From a virus, in UHGV virus genome UHGV-0111509: a stretch of 11,508 nucleotides of DNA, one strand, 5' to 3'. The notes under the pieces were generated by a model. That model ran no database searches and had not been told where the DNA came from. It saw only the letters and a list, made by a program, of their open reading frames with translations. The stretch's first letter is position 1, and the number at the start of each line of letters is the position of its first letter. Shown here piece after piece: positions 1 to 6,453 of the stretch. The position numbers and the translations under genes are program-made.

Positions 1-9
1 TTAGCAAGG

Positions 10-29
10 TTGTGTACATTTGTACACAA
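10..29. promoter_or_regulatory. Perfect 9-bp inverted repeat TTGTGTACA-tt-TGTACACAA immediately upstream of the TetR-family gene; candidate operator for autoregulation
   Basis: Read directly: positions 10-18 and 21-29 are exact reverse complements separated by 2 nt. The location just 5' of the regulator start is typical of TetR-family operators (inference). Confidence 0.4.
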
Positions 30-49
30 TTGCAGAGAGAGGAAATGAC

Positions 50-586
50 ATGCGTCGCGCTAACGATCCGCAACGGCGAGAAAAAATTATCCAGGCCACG
101 CTGGAGGCGGTGAAACTTTACGGAATACATGCTGTTACGCACCGCAAAATTGCTACCCTTGCCGGGGTACCGTTGGGATCGATGACCTACTATTTTTCAG
201 GAATTGATGAGTTGTTACTGGAGGCGTTCAGCAGTTTTACTGAGATCATGTCCCGGCAATATCAGGCATTTTTTAGCGATGTTAGTGATGCTCCGGGCGC
301 ATGCCAGGCTATCACCGATATGATCTACAGCTCACAGGTTGCAACGCCGGATAACATGGAGCTGATGTACCAGCTCTACGCGCTGGCTAGCCGAAAACCG
401 CTATTAAAAACGGTAATGCAAAACTGGATGCAGCGCAGTCAGCAAACGCTCGAACAATGGTTTGAACCCGGAACCGCCCGCGCGCTTGATGCGTTTATTG
501 AGGGGATGACGCTGCATTTTGTCATCGACCGTAAGCCGCTATCGCGCGAGGAGATTTTGAGGATGGTTGAGAGGGTTGCAGGGTAG
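50..586 (+). CDS. TetR/AcrR-family transcriptional regulator, probably a host gene flanking the prophage
   Basis: The ORF track gives 20..586, but codon 20-22 is TTG. The first ATG is at 50, preceded by a GAGAGAGGA RBS-like stretch. The N-terminal region ([48 protein letters not shown]) has the spacing and residues of a TetR HTH signature. GC looks higher than the AT-rich islands. Confidence 0.8.
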   Translation: MRRANDPQRREKIIQATLEAVKLYGIHAVTHRKIATLAGVPLGSMTYYFSGIDELLLEAFSSFTEIMSRQYQAFFSDVSDAPGACQAITDMIYSSQVATPDNMELMYQLYALASRKPLLKTVMQNWMQRSQQTLEQWFEPGTARALDAFIEGMTLHFVIDRKPLSREEILRMVERVAG

Positions 587-605
587 TAGATAAGTTTTAG
601 ATAAC

Positions 606-630
606 AAAAAACCCATTTATGTAAACGGGT
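606..630 (-). terminator. Possible intrinsic terminator for leftward (int-operon) transcripts: imperfect hairpin ACCCATTTA/TAAACGGGT followed on the minus strand by a T-run
   Basis: Arms 611-619 and 622-630 pair with one mismatch. On the minus strand the stem is followed by TTTTTTGTTAT (complement of 601-610). The stem is weak, so confidence is low. Confidence 0.3.
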
Positions 631-635
631 TAATG

Positions 636-673
636 AAAACAATAAGTTAGATTAAAAACAATAAGTTAGGTTG
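636..673. repeat. Tandem direct repeat, two 19-bp units (AAAACAATAAGTTAGATTA / AAAACAATAAGTTAGGTTG), between the host-like gene and the int-side genes; candidate integrase arm-binding sites or att-region repeats
   Basis: Read directly: 636-650 equals 655-669 exactly (AAAACAATAAGTTAG). It is followed by GGTGGTcaGTGGTGG. The position at the prophage/host junction suggests an att-associated function (inference). Confidence 0.45.
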
Positions 674-736
674 GTGGTCAGTGGTGGTTATTACGGGGTA
701 ATGCCAACCGCTGCCGCCACTTTGTCGCCACTTGTT

Positions 737-1006
737 TTACCTTAGACGCCAGGGGCCTCTATCTTCAATCTGTTCGACTAACCCCTCCTCTTCTAGTTCA
801 CGCAATAGTGCAACAACCCAATATTGTTGGTTCGAACTTGTTGCTTTCCGTTTTTCTCCCCAATCGAGGCCGCTTAGACGAAATACCTCAGCTTGCTTAA
901 CGCCGTTGCCGTTTTTTTGGGCATCTGGGTGAGTTTTAAGTACGGATAAAGCCAATTCTTTGGCTCTGTTGCGCAATTCCGCTCCCTGATGCTGAAACTT
1001 ATTCAT
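737..1006 (-). CDS. Hypothetical small protein (89 aa) encoded just downstream of int on the same strand; possible winged-helix-like DNA-binding protein
   Basis: ATG at 1006-1004 preceded by GGAG at 8-nt spacing (complement of 1015-1018). It lies 58 bp downstream of the int stop, so is likely co-transcribed. The C-terminal segment (QQYWVVALLRELEEEGLVEQIEDRGPWRLR) resembles a winged-helix recognition helix plus wing, but I do not recognise the family. Confidence 0.55.
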   Translation of the reverse strand: MNKFQHQGAELRNRAKELALSVLKTHPDAQKNGNGVKQAEVFRLSGLDWGEKRKATSSNQQYWVVALLRELEEEGLVEQIEDRGPWRLR

Positions 1007-1064
1007 TGATAGTGCTCCATGTGAAAAAAAAGAATATTAGCTCAACAGGGCAAAATACGCATTT

Positions 1065-2096
1065 TCAAAAAATTGCTATTGATGTTGGTAGTGTTGCCAG
1101 CGGATTAAACCGTAATGCAGTTTCCAGGTGATCCGGTGCCAGATGTGCGTAACGCATAGTCATTTTTATATCGTGATGCCCGAGAATTTTTTGTAAGGCC
1201 AGGATATTTCCACCCGACATCATGAAGTGCGCCGCAAACGTATGGCGCAGAACGTGTGTCAGTTGACCGCGAGGGAGCACGATAGACGTTTTTTCCATCA
1301 CGGATAAAAATTGAAAATAGCAGTCTGTAAAGAAATTGAACCCATCAAGCGCCATGATCTCTTCGTAAAGCTCTTTACTGATAGGGATGCTTCTGTTTTT
1401 CTTCCCCTTCGTTCTTACAAAGGTAATTCGGTATTTGGTCACCTGTGAGCGGGTAAGATTTACGGCTTCACGCCAACGTGCGCCTGTGCTTAAGCATATC
1501 TTAACTACCAGTGCCAGAATTGGGTCCTGACGTTTGCAATCAGCCAGCAATTCAACAATCTGCTCATGGGTAAGCCATGCCATCTCTTTTTCTGCGATGG
1601 TGAATTTTCGCATGTTCTCCAGTGGGTTCGGATACGACCATTCGCCCAGGCGGGATAGTTCGCTAAAAACACTACTTAGATAGCTTTGCTCCAGGTTAAT
1701 GGTGACCGGGCTTGCTCCTTTCTTCCATTTCTCGCTGAAGTAGATCTCACCTGTCAGGCGTTTATCTCGATAGTGGGCAAACATTTTAGAGGTTAGATCA
1801 GTTGCAAGGGGATTGCCCAGAGCGTCAACCATCAGCAGCAATTTGTCATAGACATGCTGCCCAGCAGTCAGTGATTTACCATGTAGTTTGAACCATAGCT
1901 CAACCACGTCTTTCAGTGTTCGACGATCCACTGATTCACCTAGCCAGGGCTTTGCTTCGGTTTCTTCCATCGTGTGACGCTCAAAAGCCAGTGCTTCACC
2001 TTTGGTGGCGAATTGTTTACGCACACGACGTCCACTACGTCCGGCGGGGTAACATTCGCAAAGCCATTTTCCTGTGGTGAGTTTTCGTACTGCCAT
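1065..2096 (-). CDS. int: Site-specific tyrosine recombinase, P2/186-family phage integrase
   Basis: The translation from the ATG at 2096-2094 begins MAVRKLTTGKW, which matches how P2-family integrases start (P2 Int begins MAIKKL...). Box I TGARWREA is present, as are the HxxR pair and catalytic Tyr in HVLRHTFAAHFMMSGGNILALQKILGHHDIKMTMRYAHL. GGAGGG RBS 8 nt upstream. The 26-codon N-terminal extension in the ORF track (to 2174) is rejected. Confidence 0.9.
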   Translation of the reverse strand: MAVRKLTTGKWLCECYPAGRSGRRVRKQFATKGEALAFERHTMEETEAKPWLGESVDRRTLKDVVELWFKLHGKSLTAGQHVYDKLLLMVDALGNPLATDLTSKMFAHYRDKRLTGEIYFSEKWKKGASPVTINLEQSYLSSVFSELSRLGEWSYPNPLENMRKFTIAEKEMAWLTHEQIVELLADCKRQDPILALVVKICLSTGARWREAVNLTRSQVTKYRITFVRTKGKKNRSIPISKELYEEIMALDGFNFFTDCYFQFLSVMEKTSIVLPRGQLTHVLRHTFAAHFMMSGGNILALQKILGHHDIKMTMRYAHLAPDHLETALRFNPLATLPTSIAIF

Positions 2097-2097
2097 A

Positions 2098-2126
2098 AAA
2101 AATGCCCTCCAGTGGAGAGCATTTTT
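2098..2126 (-). promoter_or_regulatory. Hairpin (about 13-bp stem, one mismatch) immediately 5' of the int start codon whose 3' arm contains the int RBS; possible terminator/attenuator separating the upstream operon from int
   Basis: AAAAATGCCCTCC-agt-GGAGAGCATTTTT read directly at 2098-2126, with A/T runs on both sides. A candidate int promoter (-35 TTGACA at complement of 2144-2149, -10 TAAAAA at complement of 2122-2127, 16-nt spacer) overlaps it. Confidence 0.3.
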
Positions 2127-2186
2127 ACTGTATATATAACCAGTGTCAATGTATATTAATTGAGATTCATACATTGAGGTTAATTT

Positions 2187-2792
2187 TTATCTTTCTACTT
2201 CCCAGCGTAGAGATTGCATTAACATAGCATAAATATTGAACAGGAAAGTTTTTAAAGTTAATACAAGGAATACTGCACTGCTTCCTACGAGTATATATAG
2301 AATTTGAACTCCAACAACTTTTGTGCAATGAGAAAACATTAAGGCTCTGAGTAATTTTGTAGCCAATCCATTTTCTTGCCCGAAAAGAAGGATTAAAAGA
2401 TAGATAACAGACCAAAATATGAAATATATAAATACTCTCATAAATACGCCATAAACATATTTTAAGTAACTTATCCCATATAATGGATGCTTATACTCCA
2501 TTAATGAAAGGAAAAGTTCAGGTTTATTTATGGTTGCAAATATTGTGAATCCAGTAATTAAAAAACCTAATGTTGTTGTAGTGAACCCGAATACTAAAGG
2601 TGTCCATTGTCTAATAGATGAAATTAACTCTGGTGATGAAGATAGACAAAAAGCATTAATAGATAACAATATCACTAACAATAATGTGAAATAAAAGTCA
2701 AATGAATTGACTTTTATTTTTTTAGTTAATTTGTAAACATCATACAAAGATCGCTCTTTGGTCAGATCTTCTGGGTTGAATGTATATTTCAT
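2187..2792 (-). CDS. Integral membrane protein, about four predicted transmembrane helices (201 aa); third gene of the repressor-linked operon; candidate RexB-like membrane effector
   Basis: Four long hydrophobic stretches (FYFTLLLVILLSINAFCL; WTPLVFGFTTTTLGFLITGFTIFATI; VYGVFMRVFIYFIFWSVIYLLILLFG; VVGVQILYILVGSSAVFLVLTL). The start ATG (2792-2790) is 1 nt from the TAG stop of the upstream gene (2796-2794). Strongly AT-rich. Confidence 0.75.
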   Translation of the reverse strand: MKYTFNPEDLTKERSLYDVYKLTKKIKVNSFDFYFTLLLVILLSINAFCLSSSPELISSIRQWTPLVFGFTTTTLGFLITGFTIFATINKPELFLSLMEYKHPLYGISYLKYVYGVFMRVFIYFIFWSVIYLLILLFGQENGLATKLLRALMFSHCTKVVGVQILYILVGSSAVFLVLTLKTFLFNIYAMLMQSLRWEVER

Positions 2793-2793
2793 A

Positions 2794-3843
2794 CTATAGC
2801 CACCTAGAAATTATTGATGTTAACTTGGAAAAAATTTTAGCATAATCTTCACGTTCTGGAATAATAATATTTCCTTCATCCTTTAATTCTGTGAATGCAG
2901 AATACGCCTCTTGAGCAGCTCTTTCCAAATCAGAACTAAGTTGTGGCCTTGATGCTTTTAGAGTAAAACTATCATTATTCCCTGATAGCCTTGCTCCGTG
3001 TTCATCTTTACCACTTATAATTACTTTAGAGTTGGCCATTTGGGTTGCACTTGTTGTTTTTTGAATGACGGCCTCAGAATTTAGACCATCTTCATTTTTA
3101 TTTGTGTATACTAATTGAGCTTTACTACTATTAAGTTCTTCTTTTTCTTGTTCAATTTTTCTCCAGAAGCCATCAAGAGATATATTTTCACTATTTGTTG
3201 GCAATAACTCAATTGATAATCTATTCACAACAGAAAAGAGTTCAACAAAATTGCTCAATGATCTTGGGTCTGTTAAGGGGGTAACCCGTAATTTTGGGGC
3301 TCCTAGTTTACGATAAATATCTTTTTTATATAGTCGATCAATGTATGATTTTTTCTTTCTAATTCTTTTATTTTTTTTTACTTCGTAATCCACAAAAGAA
3401 TTATATCGCTTTGCAAGGCAATACTTGCTAGTATTTTCAAATTCTTCTAGGGTAGGGGCTCCAGAAACCTCTTTACAAAGCATTAATCTGTGCTCATTAA
3501 GCATAAGGATAAAAATAGAGCTGGGGTGACTTTCTAGCGTCCTGTGATCTCGAATTAATTGACCATCTTGAAATATTTGATCTCGTTTAAATATGGTCTT
3601 TTTAATAATACGCCCACACAATGCAATTGTTGGAACTATAGGACCAATAAAATCTGAATCTGTAGTATCTAACGTAATTATTTTTGTGTCAGTAAAGAAA
3701 TATTCTGTATCTTTAAATTTTCTAACGTATTTTTGTGCGAAAAATGAAGGAAAAACAATGCAGTCAAAGGCATCTAAGAGAACTTTGTCCTCTCCAAAAT
3801 TTAAGGTATAGTTTGCAAATTCAATAGTTTTCGTAAAGCTCAT
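2794..3843 (-). CDS. Hypothetical cytoplasmic protein (349 aa) with no motif I recognise; middle gene of the repressor-linked operon; candidate sensor/effector partner of the membrane protein
   Basis: Long uninterrupted ORF in an AT-rich region. Its ATG (3843-3841) lies 2 nt after the TAA stop of the repressor gene (3848-3846), indicating translational coupling. It has a lysine-rich basic patch (KKNKRIRKKKSYIDRLYKK). No Walker A or nuclease signature was seen. Confidence 0.7.
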   Translation of the reverse strand: MSFTKTIEFANYTLNFGEDKVLLDAFDCIVFPSFFAQKYVRKFKDTEYFFTDTKIITLDTTDSDFIGPIVPTIALCGRIIKKTIFKRDQIFQDGQLIRDHRTLESHPSSIFILMLNEHRLMLCKEVSGAPTLEEFENTSKYCLAKRYNSFVDYEVKKNKRIRKKKSYIDRLYKKDIYRKLGAPKLRVTPLTDPRSLSNFVELFSVVNRLSIELLPTNSENISLDGFWRKIEQEKEELNSSKAQLVYTNKNEDGLNSEAVIQKTTSATQMANSKVIISGKDEHGARLSGNNDSFTLKASRPQLSSDLERAAQEAYSAFTELKDEGNIIIPEREDYAKIFSKLTSIISRWL

Positions 3844-3845
3844 TG

Positions 3846-4787
3846 TTAAACCCTTTTTCTAATTATTCCTTTAACTTTATTATTAAATTCCAAATCTTCT
3901 TTGTCGCATTCAAAGCTATATTTTGTGTTTTCAACGCGGATGCGATTGTTTGGAAGTTTAAATATATCTCTAAAAGTAAATTCTCCGTTAATAGATACTA
4001 ACCATAGACCATCGCTAAGATACTCCTCTTTGCTAATGATGTATGAATCATTTGCGGAATTAACTATATAGGGATGTTTTAAATTTTGAGGTAAAATTTC
4101 GCTCGAAACGATTAATTCTCTTTGATCAGTAAGTTTGCCGTCACGTAGATCATAGCAGTCTAATGTAAGCAACCCACTTAGCTTTGTTTGATTGGAACGC
4201 CCCTTACCAAAAGATAACCACTCGAGAGACACTCCTGTTTCTAAACAGCATTGGATGATCCAGTCTGCAGGAAAAATGTCTCGCATGTATCGTGTAGCTA
4301 ACGTGCTTTTTGAGATACCAAGGTGATCGGCTAAGGCTTGGCGCGTTTTGTAACCGTAAGCCTCAACAATTCGCTCTATTGCTGCTTTACCCCCTCGAGT
4401 GAAATCCATGTGGTTTTCATTATCGAACTTTATAGTGGGGGTGTGAACTTCATTGCAAAATTCATCTCCAGACTGTTTTTCAGCATGCCATTCTGGCGAA
4501 GGAGATGGCATTCCTTCTTCGGCATCTAAACCAAATGCTAGCCATTCGATTGATGCACCAGTTTCCATTGAACATATAACAACCCAATCAGCAGGGAAGG
4601 TATCGCGTGCATATCTGTTAGCCATTGTACTTTGTGAAATACCAAGGTGGTTACAGAATGCTTGGCGTGATTTGAAACCATAGGCCATGAGTATTCTCTC
4701 AATGACTTTTTGCCCTCCTCGATTCTGCATGACCATGGCTTTCAGATGATCTTCAATATGGCGAAATGTGATTTTATTAGTTGACAT
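3846..4787 (-). CDS. CI-type phage immunity repressor candidate with a tandemly duplicated 186-CI-like HTH domain plus a C-terminal domain (313 aa)
   Basis: Two about 64-aa segments (residues about 23-86 and 130-193) are roughly 60% identical to each other: RGGQKVIERILMAYGFKSRQAFCNHLGISQSTMANRYARDTFPADWVVICSMETGASIEWLAFG versus RGGKAAIERIVEAYGYKTRQALADHLGISKSTLATRYMRDIFPADWIIQCCLETGVSLEWLSFG. Both resemble the phage-186-type CI repressor HTH domain (from memory). The gene is divergent from the apl/cox-like gene, which is the canonical repressor position. Confidence 0.8.
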   Translation of the reverse strand: MSTNKITFRHIEDHLKAMVMQNRGGQKVIERILMAYGFKSRQAFCNHLGISQSTMANRYARDTFPADWVVICSMETGASIEWLAFGLDAEEGMPSPSPEWHAEKQSGDEFCNEVHTPTIKFDNENHMDFTRGGKAAIERIVEAYGYKTRQALADHLGISKSTLATRYMRDIFPADWIIQCCLETGVSLEWLSFGKGRSNQTKLSGLLTLDCYDLRDGKLTDQRELIVSSEILPQNLKHPYIVNSANDSYIISKEEYLSDGLWLVSINGEFTFRDIFKLPNNRIRVENTKYSFECDKEDLEFNNKVKGIIRKRV

Positions 4788-4875
4788 ATTCTTTATGCGA
4801 ACCTATTCTCCGTTTTGTGAAGTTTTCGTCACGATTAATACCGGCTCACCACAAGCCAATAGGAGATGTTGCATC
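4788..4875. promoter_or_regulatory. Divergent switch region between the repressor operon and the apl/cox-cII operon; expected to hold face-to-face lysogenic and lytic promoters and operators
   Basis: An 88-bp intergenic spacer between divergent starts 4787 (-) and 4876 (+). Contains a TTGTGA -35-like hexamer (4815-4820) and a GTTTTG/GTTTTC direct repeat. Exact promoter hexamers could not be assigned confidently. Confidence 0.4.
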
Positions 4876-5097
4876 ATGACCCCTAACATTTCAATAACTC
4901 TGAATACGCCGCACGTCACAATTGAGCGTTATAGCGAACTTACTGGTCTTTCTATCGACACAATCAACGATATGCTGGCTGATGGTCGCATCCCTCGTCA
5001 TCGCCTTCGGAAAGACAAGAAAAGAGAAAAGGTAATGATCAACCTTGCTGCTCTTACCGTTGATGCACTTACTGATTGCAATGTTGTATTCAACTAG
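4876..5097 (+). CDS. Apl/Cox-like excisionase and transcriptional regulator (small HTH protein, 73 aa)
   Basis: ATG at 4876 preceded by AGGAG (4861-4865). HTH-like segment [27 protein letters not shown]. First gene divergent from the repressor, which is the apl (186) / cox (P2) position. The upstream in-frame extension to 4768 is rejected. Confidence 0.7.
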   Translation: MTPNISITLNTPHVTIERYSELTGLSIDTINDMLADGRIPRHRLRKDKKREKVMINLAALTVDALTDCNVVFN

Positions 5098-5129
5098 TTC
5101 CATTTTGGGATACATCAGGAGTGTCGACT

Positions 5130-5639
5130 ATGTTTGATTACCAAGTTTCCAAACATCCACATTTTGATGAAGCCTGTCGTACATTCGCGCTGCGCCACAA
5201 CCTGGTGCAACTGGCAGAACGTGCTGGCATGAATGTGCAGATTCTGCGTAACAAGCTGAACCCAGCTCAACCTCATTTATTAACCGCACCAGAAATCTGG
5301 CTGCTTACCGATCTGACTGAAGATTCAACGCTGGTAGATGGTTTTCTGGCTCAGATTCACTGCCTGCCATGCGTACCGATTAATGAGGTGGCAAAAGAGA
5401 AACTGCCACATTACGTCATGAGTGCAACCGCAGAGATCGGGCGTGTTGCTGCAGGTGCGGTATCTGGCGATGTAAAAACCAGTGCAGGTCGTCGTGATGC
5501 TATCAGCAGCATTAACTCTGTAACACGACTGATGGCGCTGGCGGCTGTTTCATTGCAGGCCCGTTTACAGGCTAATCCTGCGATGGCGAGTGCAGTTGAT
5601 ACCGTGACTGGCCTCGGTGCTTCATTCGGTTTGCTGTGA
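5130..5639 (+). CDS. cII: Phage 186 CII-like lysogeny-establishment transcriptional activator (169 aa)
   Basis: ATG at 5130 with AGGAG RBS at 5117-5121. The 169-aa length and the position immediately after apl match phage 186 CII as I remember it. HTH-like region [19 protein letters not shown]. Needs BLASTP confirmation. Confidence 0.75.
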   Translation: MFDYQVSKHPHFDEACRTFALRHNLVQLAERAGMNVQILRNKLNPAQPHLLTAPEIWLLTDLTEDSTLVDGFLAQIHCLPCVPINEVAKEKLPHYVMSATAEIGRVAAGAVSGDVKTSAGRRDAISSINSVTRLMALAAVSLQARLQANPAMASAVDTVTGLGASFGLL

Positions 5640-5646
5640 GGTGCTT

Positions 5647-5847
5647 ATGCTGACGAAAGAACCATCATTTGCATCGCTGCTGGTAAAACAAAGCCCGGCA
5701 ATGCACTACGGTCACGGCTGGATCATGGGTGAGGATGGTAAACGCTGGCATCCATGCCATTCACAAGATGAATTGCTGGCAGAACTATCAACGAAAAAAC
5801 GGGGGAACAAATGGCTATTGAAGGCGCTGCGGCGACTGTTCCATTAA
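5647..5847 (+). CDS. Hypothetical small early protein (66 aa), in the position of 186 fil/dhr-type early genes
   Basis: ATG at 5647 with GAGGTG 5 nt upstream. Overlaps the next ORF by 37 nt in another frame, so the call is tentative. Confidence 0.4.
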   Translation: MLTKEPSFASLLVKQSPAMHYGHGWIMGEDGKRWHPCHSQDELLAELSTKKRGNKWLLKALRRLFH

Positions 5848-6152
5848 GCCCCGGTGAACGCCTGAATGGACTCAATCACATTGCGGAATTAAGGGCGAAA
5901 GTTTTTGGCCTGAATATTGACTCAGAGCTTGAGCGGTTTATTAAAGATATGCGTGATCCACGGGATATCAATAATGAACAAAATAAACGGGCACTGGCTG
6001 CCATATTCTTTATAGCAAAAATTCCAGCTGACCGTCATAGCATCAGCATTAATGAGCTGACCACTGACGAAAAGCGGGAGTTGATTAAAGTAATGAATCA
6101 TCTTCGTGCAGTGGTGAGCTTATTTCCCAGACGGCTAGCCATGCCGAATTAA
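5811..6152 (+). CDS. Hypothetical early protein (113 aa)
   Basis: ATG at 5811 preceded by GGGGGAA. Codon usage looks similar to the neighbouring phage genes. No recognisable motif. Confidence 0.55.
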   Translation: MAIEGAAATVPLSPGERLNGLNHIAELRAKVFGLNIDSELERFIKDMRDPRDINNEQNKRALAAIFFIAKIPADRHSISINELTTDEKRELIKVMNHLRAVVSLFPRRLAMPN

Positions 6153-6219
6153 CCAAATAATGAAATTAATGGCGTAAACCCGCCGGGCATCCCTTTATCT
6201 AAATTCAGGAGAATTGATT

Positions 6220-6453
6220 ATGCGTAATATTGAAACCCGCACCACTAAAACCGGACCGGATGACGCAGGGCTTAATATTTTACTGACAGAGGCTCGTCTG
6301 GAAGAACGCCGGGCAAGGGCTGAAGCAATGGCCGCTCGCCTTGATAGGCTGGCGTGTCATATCTCATCCCGCCAGCTAAACCACGTCGAAGCAGCAGAAC
6401 TGCTGCGTGTGACCGCTGAAGCAATCCAGAACGAAGCGCAGGAAATCCACTAA
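6220..6453 (+). CDS. Hypothetical small protein (77 aa), translationally coupled to the TraR-like gene
   Basis: ATG at 6220 with CAGGAG at 6205-6210. The ORF-track start at 6214 is TTG. Its stop TAA (6451-6453) overlaps the next start in a TAATG junction. Confidence 0.55.
   Translation: MRNIETRTTKTGPDDAGLNILLTEARLEERRARAEAMAARLDRLACHISSRQLNHVEAAELLRVTAEAIQNEAQEIH

Noticed and set aside
20-49. TTG start at position 20 for the TetR-family gene
   Set aside because: It overlaps the palindromic candidate operator and lacks an RBS. The ATG at 50 has an upstream GAGG-rich RBS.
586-740. Possible tRNA gene as the integration target at the prophage junction
   Set aside because: No T-loop (GGTTCGAATCC-like) or acceptor-stem/CCA-like sequence was found. 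The only GGTTCGAA match (about 828-835) lies inside a coding sequence.
732-932. Plus-strand 66-aa ORF overlapping the 89-aa int-distal gene
   Set aside because: No RBS, Ser/Pro-rich low-complexity translation, and the minus-strand frame has a strong RBS and is preferred.
2097-2174. 26-codon N-terminal extension of the integrase ORF (MYESQLIYIDTGYIYSKNALHWRAFF...) in the ORF track
   Set aside because: P2-family integrases begin at the MAVRKL-type motif. The ATG at 2096 has a GGAGGG RBS, and the extension would run through the hairpin and candidate promoter region.
3540-3560. Rx4H (HEPN-like) motif RTLESH in the 349-aa protein
   Set aside because: A six-residue pattern occurs often by chance, and there is no surrounding context to support a HEPN fold. 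Not used as evidence.
4338-4683. Plus-strand ORFs (63 and 76 aa) inside the repressor gene
   Set aside because: Antisense to the well-supported dual-HTH repressor coding sequence; no RBS.
4768-4875. In-frame N-terminal extension of the apl/cox-like ORF (109-aa form)
   Set aside because: It would start inside or overlap the divergent repressor gene and promoter region. The ATG at 4876 has an AGGAG RBS and gives a typical small excisionase-size protein.
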